64,000 nucleotides of DNA from Lama guanicoe (taxonomy: Eukaryota), in the NCBI GenBank assembly GCA_013239625.1, contig MU054001.1, positions 933,884-997,883 on the forward strand, given 5' to 3'. A program made the position numbers and the translations under genes. Below the pieces are notes generated by a model. That model was not told where the DNA came from and did no database searches. It was given only the letters and a program-made list of their open reading frames with translations. This document shows, one piece after another, positions 35,402 to 47,300 of the stretch; within the stretch, counting starts at the first letter, position 1, and each line of letters begins with the position of its first letter.

Positions 35402-36118
35402 TCTGTTTCTTCCTGATTCCGTCTTGAGAGAGTGTACATTTCTAAGAAATTCTCCATGTCTTCTAGGTTGTCCATTTGGTGGGCCTATCGTTGCTCATAG
35501 TGGTCTCTTATGATCCTTTGTATTTCTCTGTTGTCTGTTATAACTTCTCCTATATCATTTCTGATTTGATGGATTTGGGCCCGCTCCCCCTTTTTTTTTT
35601 TTCTTGATGAGTCTGGCTTAAGTTTTATCAATTTGGTTTATCTTTTCAAAGAACCAGCTTTTAGTTTCATTGATCTTTTCTCTTGTTTGTTTAGTCTCTA
35701 TTTCATTTATTTCTGCTTGGTCTTTCTGATTTCTCTCCTTCCACTAACTTCGGGGTGTGTTTGTTCTTTGTTTAGTTGCTTTAGGTGCAAGCTTAGGTTG
35801 TTTACTTGAGATTTTTCTTGTTTCCTGAGGTTAGCCTGGTAGCTATAAACTTTCCTTTTAGAACTGCTTTTGCTGCATCCCATAGGTTTTCGGGGGGGGT
35901 GGTTTCTGGTCTTTTTTTTTTAATTGAAGTATAGTCAGTTACACCTATTTCTGGTGCACAGCATAATGTTTCAGCCATATGTATACATACATAATATTCA
36001 TTTTCATATTCTTTTTCACTATAGTTTACTACAAGATATTGAATACAGTTCCCCGTGCCAAACAGACGAAATTTGATTTTGGATTGTAGTGTTTTCGTTT
36101 TCATTTGTCTCTAGGTAT
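35402..36118 (-). mobile_element. L1 ORF2 internal fragment interrupted by a younger L1 3' end
   Basis: tatcttttcaaagaaccagcttttagtttcattgatc...actgcttttgctgcatcccatag; the ORF track shows NLWDAAKAVLKGKFIA, an L1 ORF2 motif. Confidence 0.9.
35911..36075 (-). mobile_element. Heavily 5'-truncated lineage-specific L1 3' end
   Basis: tttttttttttaattgaagtatagtcagtt...tttctggtgcacagcata...acaagatattgaatacagttccccgtgc; same family as 39325-40370. Confidence 0.85.
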
Positions 36119-36121
36119 TGA

Positions 36122-36160
36122 TGAGTGAGTGAGTGTGTGTGGGTGTGTGTGTGCGCGCGC
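36122..36160. repeat. (TGAG)n/(TG)n/(CG)n alternating purine-pyrimidine tract
   Basis: tgagtgagtgagtgtgtgtgggtgtgtgtgtgcgcgcgc. Confidence 0.85.
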
Positions 36161-37419
36161 AGGAAGTGGAGGATACAGGAAACCTGGGAAGGTGATGAGA
36201 GATTGCTTGTAGTTTGGGGAATGGCGGGAATCTCTGACTGATTTTGTCAGTCTGCCTTCCTGCTGACTCCTGGCAGAGCTGGCCGGCTTGTGCCCACAGT
36301 CCCAGCATGTTCTTCCAACAATGCTCATCCTGATGACGCATGGTGCCCAAGGGGCCTTTACGAAATGTATCCAGGCTCTCCAGGTGGCCTCCCTACTGCT
36401 CCGAGGCATGCAGGGGCGGGAGAAGAGGGTGCCTATTGTTCCCCAACAATCCTCTGGGCTTATCTCAGCTCCACCTTGGCCCAACTTCTCTCTCCTGCCT
36501 CCTACCAGAAACCTAGAGGGAGCTAATTGGTGGGAGTGACCTGACTCATCTGACATTAGACAGCAAGAGATTCATGGAAACTTCAGCCCTTCCCACTCTG
36601 TGCCCACACCTCTGGCCCCGAGAAAGCAGCCTGAAGTGCCCCGATCCCGTGGGACACTCGGCCAAGGGCTTAACAGGGCTTAACACAGCCTTGCAGATAG
36701 TCATGGAAAGTCTGCCAGCCCATCCATCTGCTCCCCAGCCCCAGCCCGATGGGCCTGAGCTGTGCTCCATCCATGTCCTCTCACAACCTCAGCAGCGCTG
36801 CCACACTCTCTTTGTAGAGGTCCAGGGAGCACTGTAGTTCTGCCTCCAGGGTCCCCTCAGAAATGCACTTTGACAGGATTCTGTTTTGCATGTAGCACCA
36901 AATGTCCTTGGAGGGGACCCAAGATTAACTTGCCTTATCTTGACGTCTGCCTGGCAATTACTGGGTCATGGCAAAGTTCCACTGCAAGCAGAGATATCAC
37001 ACCATCCCAATCACCTACGCTCCCCACCGGATCCTTCGGAGGGAGGGACAGTGGCTGACCTCATGACCCCAGCCCTGCAGTGGGTCGGGGTGCTCAGGTC
37101 TGCCACGGTCCATACCACCCAACAGGCATGGCCCAGGGCTTCCTCACCTACACCCAAACCGAGACCCCTGCACACTAGGTTACCTTGGGAACAGAGGGAT
37201 GGGCAAGCATTAGGAGCGCTCCAAATCCTTGGGAGCTGCTGAAAGGCTGAACAGAAGAAATGAAAAGCCAGAGCAAGTCCTGGACTTGACATGGGTGAGG
37301 TCTTAGTGAAGAAGATCCAATGGTGTGGAACTGGCACGGGGACAGAAAGGAGGGCCCCCAAAGAGATGCATTTCTCCGTAGAGTACCATTTATGGTGTGG
37401 ATGGCTGTCAACTGATGTG

Positions 37420-38070
37420 AGAAAACAAATGGTCTCTTCCAGAAACGATGCTGGGAAAACCAGTTAACCATTTGTTGGGAGGAATAAAACTAAATCATTA
37501 CCTATACCATACACACACCAGAAGAAATCCCAGAATGCCTGATACAACTGGTTTTAAAAATGATATGAACATTGTGTGAAATGAAAAAAGCCCGTCACCA
37601 AAAGACAAATACCATACGATTCCATTTATGTCAGGTACCTAGAAGAGGCCAACTCACAGAGACATAAGGTAGAAATGTGGCGGCCAGCGTTTGGGAGGAG
37701 GGGGCAATGGGTGTTCAATGAGGACAGGGTTTGGGAAGATGAGAGAGTTCTGGCGTGGCCGGTGCTGATGGATACCCAGCAACGTGTGCTTAATGCCCCT
37801 TAATGTACACTTAAAAATGGTGAAGACGGTAAACTTCATACCATGTGTATTTTACCATAATGAAAAATAATCATCTGTCAATGTCATTTTTTTAAAAATC
37901 ATATGAGCATTAGAGAATAACATGAGATAATAGTTTTCATAATCTTTGGATGGGGAAGTCGTTTTCCGTGTCTTAAGCAAGAGATGAAATCTAGAATCAT
38001 ACAAGAAAAGGCTGAGAAAGTTACAACGCTGCGTTAAGATCAACAAAGACAGCTGAAGAATTTTTTAACG
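37420..38070 (+). mobile_element. Old L1M ORF2 fragment with nested L1MB 3' end (~37560-37870)
   Basis: tggtctcttccagaaacgatgctgggaaaacc; aaagacaaataccatacgattccatttatg...aatgtacacttaaaaatggtgaagacggtaaact...tattttaccataa. Confidence 0.8.
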
Positions 38071-38189
38071 ACAGTCAGGAGAAGAACAAGAGAATGATAA
38101 CAGATTCCCGGCCCGCGCCAGCGGAACTTAGGTCCAGACATTTCTGCTCTTCAGCCATCTTCACCAGTTCAGCCTTTTCATCCAACACC

Positions 38190-38765
38190 TCTTTTATTAT
38201 TTGCCTATTTTTCCTTTAAAGTCATAATCAACTCAGGTGAGGAATACTTTATGGACAATCAAATGCACCCACTCTAAATGTCCATCCCCACGAGTTTTCA
38301 CAAACTCATATAAGCATCTCCAGATCAAGAGGCAGACGCTTCCCCTCATCCTCAGAGTGCTCCCGGGTCCTCTCACATCCAGCCTCTCTCCACCCCAGGG
38401 CTCTAGCTCTGGTTTCCTGCGGCCATGATTTGCCTTTTCTGAGGAAATCATAGAAATGGAATCACGGAGGATGTAGTCTTCCGTTTCCGACTTCTCTCCC
38501 TTAACCCAGGACTTTTGAAACGCCTCATGCTGTTGTGTGCTTTGTTATCTTGTTTCTCTTCATTATCGAGTAGTTCTCTCTTGTACGGAGTTGCCGCTGC
38601 TCCTTTCTCTGTTCACCTGTTGACGGATGTTTGGGTTGGCTCCAGTCTGGGGCTGTCAGGAACAATACTGCTATGAACATTTGCATAGAACACCTGCTTT
38701 CACTTCTCTTGGGGAAACACCTAGGAATGGAACCACTGGGTCATATGGTAACAGGTGTTTTAAAC
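38190..38765 (-). mobile_element. L1MB/L1MC-type 3' end
   Basis: aatcaaatgcacccactctaaatgt...aaatggaatcac...ttcacctgttgacggatgtttggg...cacctaggaatggaaccactgggtcatatggtaa. Confidence 0.8.
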
Positions 38766-39324
38766 TAATTTTTAACTTCATCTTGAAAGAAAGCTTGAGG
38801 TCACTATTATAATTAAAAGGCAGTATCACTTGCCATTAAGCAAAGTTTACCATGATAATAAAAAACCTCAAGATTTAAATATATATATACAATAGTATTG
38901 CGTTTGGTATGCAACCTTACACAAAGCAAGGTGCTTACACGCCAGAGAGATGCTTTCTCCTGACAAAGGCTTTGAGCCTTAGGTTAATACCAGAGAACTC
39001 TCTCTGCTGAAGGGGAAGCTTAGCAGGTGTTGGAGAGATGTCAGGGCTCTGGCCAGGCTGCCTTGGAGGGAAGGAATGACTGTGATTCAACGTTACTAAA
39101 TGTCACACAGATGTGCCACCTGTGTCGCTCCCTGGGCAGGAACGAGGGATGACACGGAGAATCGGTGACTTTGCTCACCTCTGTGGTCAAGGAGAAAACA
39201 CTTCCATCTTCATGGAGCTACATATTTAACAAAAAATTATAAAGTGTTGTTATGGGCCAGGCACTGTTGTAAGCATTTTACAACTATTAGCTTATTTATG
39301 AAAGATAAGCTAGAACCATTTTTT

Positions 39325-40370
39325 AAATATATTTTATTTAAAAAGAATTTTTATTAAAGTGTCGAGGTATAGTCAGTTTACAATGTTGTGGTAGTTTCTG
39401 GTGTACAGCATAGTGATTCAGTTATATATTTTTATATATATATATATAATCCTTTCCATATTCTTTTTCATTTAGGCTATTACAAGGTATTGAATATAGT
39501 TCCCTGTGCTATACAGTAGGTCCTTGCTGATTATCTATTTTATATATAGCAGTTTGTATCTGCAAATCCCAAACTCCCAATTTACCCCTCTGCCTCCCCC
39601 TTCCCCCCTGGTAACCATAAGTTTGTTTTCTATGTCACAGACGCAATCTGAGTCTGTTTCTGTTTTGTAAATAAGTTCATTTGTCTCACTTTTTTAAGAT
39701 TCCACATATAAGTGATATCATATGATATTTTTCTTTCTCTTTCTGGCTTATTGCACTTAATGTGAGAATCTCTAGATCCATCCATGTTGCTGCAAATAGC
39801 ATTATTTTATTCTTTTTTATGACTGAGTAGTATTCCATTGCATAAATATACCACATCTTCTTTATCCAGTCATCTGTTGATGGACATTGGGCTTGTTTCC
39901 ATGTCTTAGCTATTGTAAATAGTGCTGTTATGAACATTGGGGTGTGTGTATCTTTTCAAATTAGAGTTTCCCGTGGATATAAGCTCAGGAGTGGGATTGC
40001 TGGATCATATGATAAGTCTATTTTCAGTTTTTTAAGGTATCTCTGTACTGTTTTCCATAATGGCTGCACCAAACTACATTCCCACCAACAGTGTAGAAGG
40101 GTTCCCTTTTCTCCACACTCTCTCCAGCATTTATATTGTTTGTGGACTTTTTAATAATGGCCGTTCTGATGGGTGTGAGGTGATACCTCGTTGTAGTTTT
40201 GATTTGCATTTCTCTAATAGTTAGTGATACTGAGCACTTTTTTCACATGCCTAGTGGTCATTTGTATGTCTTTATTGGAGAAATGTTTAAGTCTTCTGCC
40301 CATTTTTTGATTGGGATGTTTATTTTTTTGTTATTAAGTTGTATGAGTTATTATATTCTGGAAATTAAGC
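39325..40370 (-). mobile_element. Relatively young 5'-truncated L1 (ORF2 C-terminus plus 3' UTR) with TSD, inserted into a MIR
   Basis: ORF fragments [25 protein letters not shown] and [35 protein letters not shown] agaaccatttttt at 39312-39324 and 40371-40383. Confidence 0.95.
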
Positions 40371-40629
40371 AGAACCATTTTTTTTATGAGAGGTGAAATA
40401 CACACCTGGTTGTTTCTGATGAGAATAAGATTTTTCACCCAACTAAGTAACATTGCAAGTAACAAGCCCTTAAGATAGTGACACCCCTGCTCAAATCAGA
40501 AGCCCCGGTCAGAAGTGAGCCTGATCACAAGGCTATCGGGCCCCTGTAAACCCTATTCCTAGAGGCTCAAATGCCGAGCCCTGTAATGTGACAGCTGGAG
40601 CCCCAGCACTGCCTAAGGTTGTGGTTCCA

Positions 40630-40890
40630 GGATCAGATCCAGGTCAGTGTCCAGGTCCTACCAACCTTAGGCAAGCAACTTAGTCGCTCAGTGCCTCAGT
40701 TTCCTCATCTGTGACATGGGAATTAAAAAAAAGTCTGTGCTTAAAAAAGAAGAAAAAAGTCCTGCTCATAGACTCCGTAGATTAATTGGAAGAGAGACAT
40801 GTGATAACAAGAGAAGAGCATTTAGCACAATGCCTGGCAAGTCGCCCTCAGTCAATGTCAGATGTTCCAGCTGTTGTTATAACAATAATA
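40630..40890 (+). mobile_element. MIR SINE
   Basis: accttaggcaagcaactt...cagtgcctcagtttcctcatctgt...gcatttagcacaatgcctggca. Confidence 0.85.
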
Positions 40891-40934
40891 AACATGCAAG
40901 TACACAGGGTGCTCTGTGGGTAAAGGAAGCTGTG

Positions 40935-41930
40935 AGTCAGTCTGTCAACAACTGGTGATTCTCAAGTAGCCACTGTGTGCCCAGGACTCTCTTAGGCTCT
41001 GGATCCCTAGTATTGGAAAAGGAAACACAGGCCTGGTTCTCCCCCTCATCAAGCTTATACTCAGCAGAAGGTAGAAAATTAACATAAAAATAATAGATAA
41101 ATAAGATAATTTGGAGGTTTCAAGAAGAGCTATAAAGATGATGAACTAGAACAATTTGATACAATTAAGAGTCAGAAGAGGCCTTGAAAAGATGGCGGAG
41201 GGAGATAGAATGATAGTGAGCTTTCCTCAATAAAAATTAGCACGTACAGAGGCCCTGGGGTTACCTGGTTTGAGGGCAAAATCAGCCAGAAGGAGAGGTT
41301 CGTGCCGGTCTGATTATCCAGGGCCTGGAAAGCCACTTGAGAAGTTTGTATTTCATTCTGGCTGGAACAGAAATATTTTCCTTGAAGTATTTTAAGTGAG
41401 AGAAAAAAGTGATTGGATTTGAGTTTCCGAAAGATCACTCTGTCGGTTGTGCAGAGGATGAACCGGCGAGGGGAAGAACAGAAGCAGAGAGACCAATTTG
41501 CAGGCTGCGGCAGGAATGCAGCCGACAGGTGTGGGCTAGATGGACGTGGCTGGTCACTGCGTAGCTGGTGAGAAGCAGTCCTATGCAGGATGGCTTCTGA
41601 AGTGAGACGGGACTGTCATGCTGACGGGTTAGATAAAGAGGAAATGAAGGGAGTCAAGAAGAGTGCTAGGTTTTTGGCCCCAGCAACAGGGGAACAGTGT
41701 TGCCACTTCCTGAGATGGGTAATGATAGGAGAAGAGCTGGTACATTTGGAGCGTTTTAAGTTTGCGGTGTCTGTTAAACAGTTGTAAAGGGAGGGTAGTG
41801 TCTTGGGCCTGGGGGAGAGAATCAGGCTAAAAGTGAACATTTTGGATGAAAATATAATGTATTCTAAAGCTATGGTGTATTCTAAAGCCTATGACATCAC
41901 CCAGAGAGAGAAAATAATGAGAGAAAGCAG
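40935..41930 (-). mobile_element. L2 LINE 3' ~1 kb
   Basis: ccactgtgtgcccaggactctcttaggctctgg...gaaagatcactctg...agaagcagagagaccaa...gaagggagtcaaga...tttttggcccc. Confidence 0.85.
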
Positions 41931-41934
41931 GTCA

Positions 41935-42165
41935 TATTTTTCAATACTCAGTGGCCCAACAGAGAAACACATTTGAGAAATGCCGCATACCACATTCCCC
42001 TCTTGGGGATGCACACCAGCACATTAAATGCACTGATAAGTCCTGCAGTTAGCCTAGAGGTCTGCTTATGTCTCTTTAACTTAAGATTTCCCAGGTGTAT
42101 TTGATCACAGAAATATTTTTGCTTATAAAACCATTGAACATGCCATGGAGCGCCAAACAGATCAA
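41935..42165. mobile_element. Charlie4-like hAT remnant
   Basis: tttgagaaatgc...attcccctcttgggg...gataagtcctgcagt...atttcccaggtgtatttgatcacagaa. Confidence 0.6.
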
Positions 42166-42223
42166 GAACTCAAGCTGGGTCTTCAAGGAGGAGGGTGATT
42201 TATGTCTAGGAGAGCATCAAGAA

Positions 42224-42447
42224 CAGGGGCAGGCAAACTTCTGTGTAGGATCAGAGATTACGGATTTGAGGCTTTGTGGGCCATCTGGTCTGTGTTGCAA
42301 CTGCTCGGCTCTCCCACAGCACAGAAGCAGCCCTGGACAATATGTAAATGAACGGGCATGGCTGCGTTCCAGGAAAACTGTATTTCCAAAATTAGGCAGC
42401 AGGCCAGATGTGGCCCAGGGGCCGTAGGTTGTTGACGTCATCTCCTG
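42224..42447 (+). mobile_element. MER58A hAT-Charlie element
   Basis: caggggcaggcaaactt...ggctttgtgggccat...aagcagccctggacaatatgtaaatgaacgggcatggctgcgttcca; 8-bp TSD atcaagaa/atctagga. Confidence 0.9.
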
Positions 42448-43884
42448 ATCTAGGATAAGGAGAGCTAAGAAGGCAAAAGGCAGGGAGAGGTGTGATCCAG
42501 GGGAGACAGAAGGCAGAGTGTTTGGGGGGAAAAGGAGGAGCCAGTCTAGCGGGAGGGGGCCACCTCCTTCCTCTGTTGGTCTCTCAACAACCAGGGAGGG
42601 GTGGAGGAAGCTCCCAGTATCCAGTTCTACAGGTCGAGGCCAGAAGATCAAGCAGCCTACCCAACTGGGGCTCTAGCCCACATCACCTGACCCTGAGCGC
42701 ACCGCCAGATCACCTACCCACGTGACAGAAGCAGGGGAAGACAGTCCTGCAGCCAGACTCTGCCTCCCTCCGAGGATGGAACTTTATCCAGAGGCCATCT
42801 CCACCCAGATCAAATGGCCATCCCGGTCCATGCCAGGCTGCCAGCCTGCCCCTCCACCTCCCTCCCCTACTCCAGTAGATGAAAGGAAACCTTGCCTCGC
42901 CAAACAGAGAAGATATGTGAATTAACAAACACCAGAGCCTCCGGTGCCCATGATAGCAAAAAGAGATCCAAGGAAACACTGATATTTATTTATCTGGTGT
43001 TTTCTTTCAGATCTAGCAGTGCGACAGTAACACGTGTCACCGTCAGCCCAGGCCCTGCTGGCAACACCTTGAAAACGACGTGGAGGTTCAGAAAATAAAC
43101 AGCAGTCGCTCTGATTCCAGCGATAAAATACCAGTGTAAGGAGAGCCTCCTGGGATCCACAATCTGGAATTGTCAGGGGATGCGAATTGTCTGTCTTTTT
43201 GATAAAAGATGTCAGCTACCCTTCCGGGTTTTAAACAGAAAGAAACACTTCTGATTATGAGACCAGTTGTATATCGTGAAGTCTGTTGAAAGAATCAGTG
43301 TGTGCAGTGAATGTGTTTTCCTCGCCCATCAATGTCCTTAAAATTTCCTTATCAGAAGAAAATTCAGCCAAATCAGAGTTGCAAAAAGTACACAACTCGA
43401 AAGTGTCTTGTTTTTCTCGGAGCCCTTGCCTCGTGAAGGCTGAAGTTTCCTGATTACTCTCCACTTCAAAAAGCCTTCAAAGACTGCTCCAGAATCAGCA
43501 ATTATTATTATTTTTTTAAGGCTTAGGACTAATTAGCCTCATGAAAGATTGTTTTGTTGTGTGCGGTTTGTGGTTGTTATGTGGCTTGTTTTGCCTTGAA
43601 AAATGCTGCAATTGCTTTTTTCTTTCTCAATTGAAATTCAACCAGGGGAAAAAATAGCCCAATTAGGAATCATCAGTGGACTACCTCACACATAATAAGC
43701 CCGAATAAATAAATATTTATTCAATGAGTGAATGAATATTAAACAGCTTCACATCCTGGGACTAAGGATCCAAAATAAGAATTTAAATAGCCATCAGTAC
43801 CTGTTGATCAAGGCAAGCGAGAGGAAGAGCCTTACTAATACCAGTCAAGCTCAGTGGGTCTCCAGAACACTGTGAAAGGTCCTT

Positions 43885-44010
43885 TATTCATTCAACAAAC
43901 CTTCAAGGAGTATTCACTGAGACCCAGGCTCATGCTGGGTACTGGGGGTGCAGCAGGGAGCAGGATGCCCCAGTCCCTGACTGCCTGGAGCTCGTATTCT
44001 AATAGGAGTC
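43885..44010 (-). mobile_element. L2 3' end fragment
   Basis: tttattcattcaacaaac...ccaggctcatgctgggtactggggg...cctggagctcgtattcta. Confidence 0.7.
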
Positions 44011-44074
44011 ACCCCATGACTTTCATGTTGGAAACAGCCCTTTCTGGAAATTCTACCATGAAGAGATGAGTTTG

Positions 44075-44710
44075 GGCCACTGTGATATTTGCCAAACACA
44101 AGTAGGTGTGTCACTGCCCTCTCTCCACTTTCACATCTCCTCCATCAGTGTGCTTAAAATCATTTAATACTTTCTCTTTGTTTCTATGATGTAGACCAAC
44201 CCCTTCCATGGCCTTAACAGGGCCAGCAAGGACCCACCTAACGAGGCCCCTGCTGACTTCGCCAGACTCACTCCCATGCTCTGTATTCCAGCCACCCCAG
44301 CCTCTTCAGGCCCTTGTATCTGCCATGCTCCCCTCCGCCACTGGGCCTTTGCACCTGCAGTTCCCTCCTCCAGGAGTGTTCTTCTCTCCGCTGCTCTCCT
44401 TTGTGCAGCAGGTCCTACTCATGATTCAGATCTCAGTGCCAGTTTCTCAGGGAAGCTTCTCCGGACTTTTCTGACCAGGTCTTTCTTCCCTACAGGGTCC
44501 CAAAGCCCCAGGCTGCTTTCTTCTGTAGTTCTCATCCCCGGATGAACGCATTTGCATTCATTCACGTGATGATATATCCATCTGCCTCCCCCTTGCCTAG
44601 ATCTGTCACTCCAAAGGGGCTTTATCTGTTCTCTGGACCTCTGTGTCCCCCACACATCATACAGTTGTAGATTTGTTGAATGAGTGGATGAATGAGTGAG
44701 TGAATGAAGG
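44075..44710 (+). mobile_element. L2 3' region with (TGAA/TGAG)n tail
   Basis: ccagccaccccagcctc...gggcctttgcacctgcagttccctc...ttgttgaatgagtggatgaatgagtgagtgaatgaa. Confidence 0.85.
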
Positions 44711-45364
44711 AAGGAAGGACCTGCTAAAGTTCTAGACCACCAGTGGCACACGATGACCTCCAGGAGCACTGCCTTCGTCTGCTTTAAGAGAAGATGAATC
44801 ACCTTTCTTTCAGGAGTCTCTCTGTTTCTAGGCAAAGTTGGGCTCCACCTTCCACCAGGCACACACATCGGTCCCAGCCTGGGCAGGCCTGGGCCTGCCA
44901 TTCTGTGGGAAGACGGTGTGACTCTTGCCAACCTACACATCCAGGGCACCAGCCCCAGCCCACCCCTGGAGGCCCTGGTTCCCTGGGGTCCCCAGTCCCA
45001 GGGGACAAGCGCAATTCTGTGTCCTCGTTGACCAGGTTCCTTGTCCTTCCAGATCCACAGGCTGTCTGACAAGATTAGATCTTCCAACCAGGCTCCAAAG
45101 AGGGTAGGGACCAAAACGTCGTGGCCCCGTCCAGCAGGGCAGCACCCGGGGAACCGCAGCCACTGCCGCAGCTCACCGAGCAGAGGAGAAGGCGAGGGCA
45201 GCAAGGTCACCGGTCATTCCTAGACAAGGAAGCGGGTTCCTCCAGCACCAGGGAGGATGAGTTGCCTTCCCAGAGTGCCAGGCACCGTCTGATCAGGCCC
45301 CAAGGACCATCTCCCAGCAGTGAAAAGGGGAGGACTTGACAGCCCTGCTGGTGGGACACTGGGC

Positions 45365-45610
45365 TTCCGTGGTTGTCAGGATGTGGACTCCAGACAGCAG
45401 CTGCCTGCGTCCTACTGCAATGATGTGAACGTCAGCATTCATTTAACCTCCAGTGCCTCTGTTTCCTCATCTGGAAAACGGGCTTTTAAAAAATAACACC
45501 TATCTCATAGGATTGATGTGAAGATTGGATGACTTGATACAGGCAAAGTAGCAGGGCCAGACACATAGCTTGGCTGCTCCAGGTGCTATAAGATTAGCTA
45601 TTACCATTTT
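45365..45610 (+). mobile_element. MIR SINE
   Basis: atttaacctccagtgcctctgtttcctcatctggaaaacggg...aataacacctatctcataggattg. Confidence 0.85.
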
Positions 45611-45924
45611 TATCAGCTATTAGAATTATGGGTGGAGTTGCACATGGTAAATGCCATCTCCTCTTAAGCATTGGAATGGTCAAGGCATAAGGCAAATTGA
45701 TTAATTCAGTTTTCTAGGTTAGGAGACAATCTCTATACATACCGATTTTCAAACATCGTTTGAAATACTACTTGTATTTTATAAATAATCTGCAAGCTGA
45801 ATCAAACTCTTTGATGTGTCGAAAGGATGTTACAGACCCTAAAGGGTCTTTGAAGGGTCTGGGAATCCTCTGAAGTGCCTGGGTGGTTCGCGTGGCCCTG
45901 ATGCAGACACCAGTGTGAAATGAA

Positions 45925-46150
45925 CCCTGCAGGTTCGGGGACCGGGTTCACGGGGTTCGAGCCCCAGCATTGTCCTTGGCCAGGTTCACGGGGCTCTTCC
46001 ACACACCCTTCTCCACCCTCATTTGGAAAATGGGAATACTGCTAGCACCTCTGCCATAGAGCCATCGTGAGGCTTTAATACGATAATTGACTCAAAAGCA
46101 TTTAGCACACGTCCCAGCAGAGAGTAAGGGCTTGATAAATGTTTGCTTCC
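45925..46150 (+). mobile_element. Degenerate MIR SINE
   Basis: ctcatttggaaaatgggaatactgctagcacct...gtgaggctttaatacgataa...aaagcatttagcac. Confidence 0.7.
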
Positions 46151-46299
46151 GTATGTTATTCCATTGGACGGAATTCCACTCTGTAAGGCACGGCGGTACG
46201 TGCACAACAGCTGAAGATGTAGAAGACGCAAGCTGGATCTCCGGGGTTTGTAAACTAAAACCCCACGCCCTTTTGTTTTTCTAGCAGTCACCTTGCTCA

Positions 46300-47300
46300 T
46301 AAAAACCAAGAACCCTCTGTTCTTTGCCAGTCAACTTGCTGGCTGGGTGCCGGGTCACCAGGAGTTGACAGTATTGCAGCAACTCAACACTCCAGGCTCT
46401 GGACAAAGCAGCCGTGCTTGGCCGCCGTGAAGGAGATTTGTCATTTTGTTTCGAGTCAGGGGATGGTTTCCCCTTTCCTTCTGGACCTGCGTTTAATTTC
46501 AGCCAAAGCATATACCAGCTGCCCACCCTTGACTGGCCCAGCAGGCAGCTATCCTGACGTGAAGCAATTTCATAAATTCAAATGGGGCACATTTCCTACG
46601 CAATCTATTTAGCTTAACAAGTTAATCAGGGTGCACGAGCCCAATTTGTCACTGCGCTGTTTTCTCTTGCCTGCCGCTCTAATTGTATAAATATGCCCAG
46701 AGGTTTGATGAAACTTCTAACATCTCAAACAACAAATGGCCCACTTAACAGAGTGTGCTGTGGCTATTTTGAAGAAGGGCACGTCCCCCCCGAAGCTGGA
46801 GGCTCCCGCTCAACCCAGCAGCCTGGCACAACTGGGTTACTGCTCCTTGGGTTCACCCAGATGCCAGGGTCTGGGCCATGGCAAGCGGACAGGGAAGGAG
46901 AGAGGGAGGGAGGGAAGGATGCTACAGAATGCAGCTGTCGCCAACTCCCGGGCTAACTCCAGAAAACACCAAAGCCTGTCCTCTCCGAGATCTACGCTCT
47001 TCGGGATTACGCAGAAGGGCAGATGGCGAGACTCGGGGGCTTGAGAGCGCGATGCCTCTGGGATCCAGACCTCTTCTATCAGGTTCTCATCTGAACCGCT
47101 TTCAGGGCCTGATTTATTAAGAGGCAGGCAGTGAAACTGTTCGGCTGGTCCCTGGAAACTGATAATAAATCTGAGGCGTGGATCACAGGTGGTGGCGCTC
47201 TTTGAGCTGGATGGCGGAGAAAAATCCGGTAAACCAAAACGAATGTGTCTCCATTTGGTTTTGGAAGTGTGACTTCCAGGATTTCCTTTTTTATTTAGTT
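46300..47300. promoter_or_regulatory. Candidate conserved non-coding enhancer block
   Basis: Repeat-free; CATAAATTCA 46571-46580, GTTAATCA, TTTGTCA, CTAATTG, TGATTTATT 47110-47118. Confidence 0.45.

Noticed and set aside
39686..40209. ORFs with real protein similarity
   Set aside because: Fragments of L1 ORF2 in a truncated, frameshifted retrotransposon, not a host gene
44419..45210. Longest ORF (263 aa, minus strand)
   Set aside because: Non-ATG start, C-terminal third runs antisense through an L2 tail (LHSLTHSSTHS is the TGAA/TGAG repeat), G/P/R/W-rich composition typical of chance GC-rich ORFs, no recognisable domain
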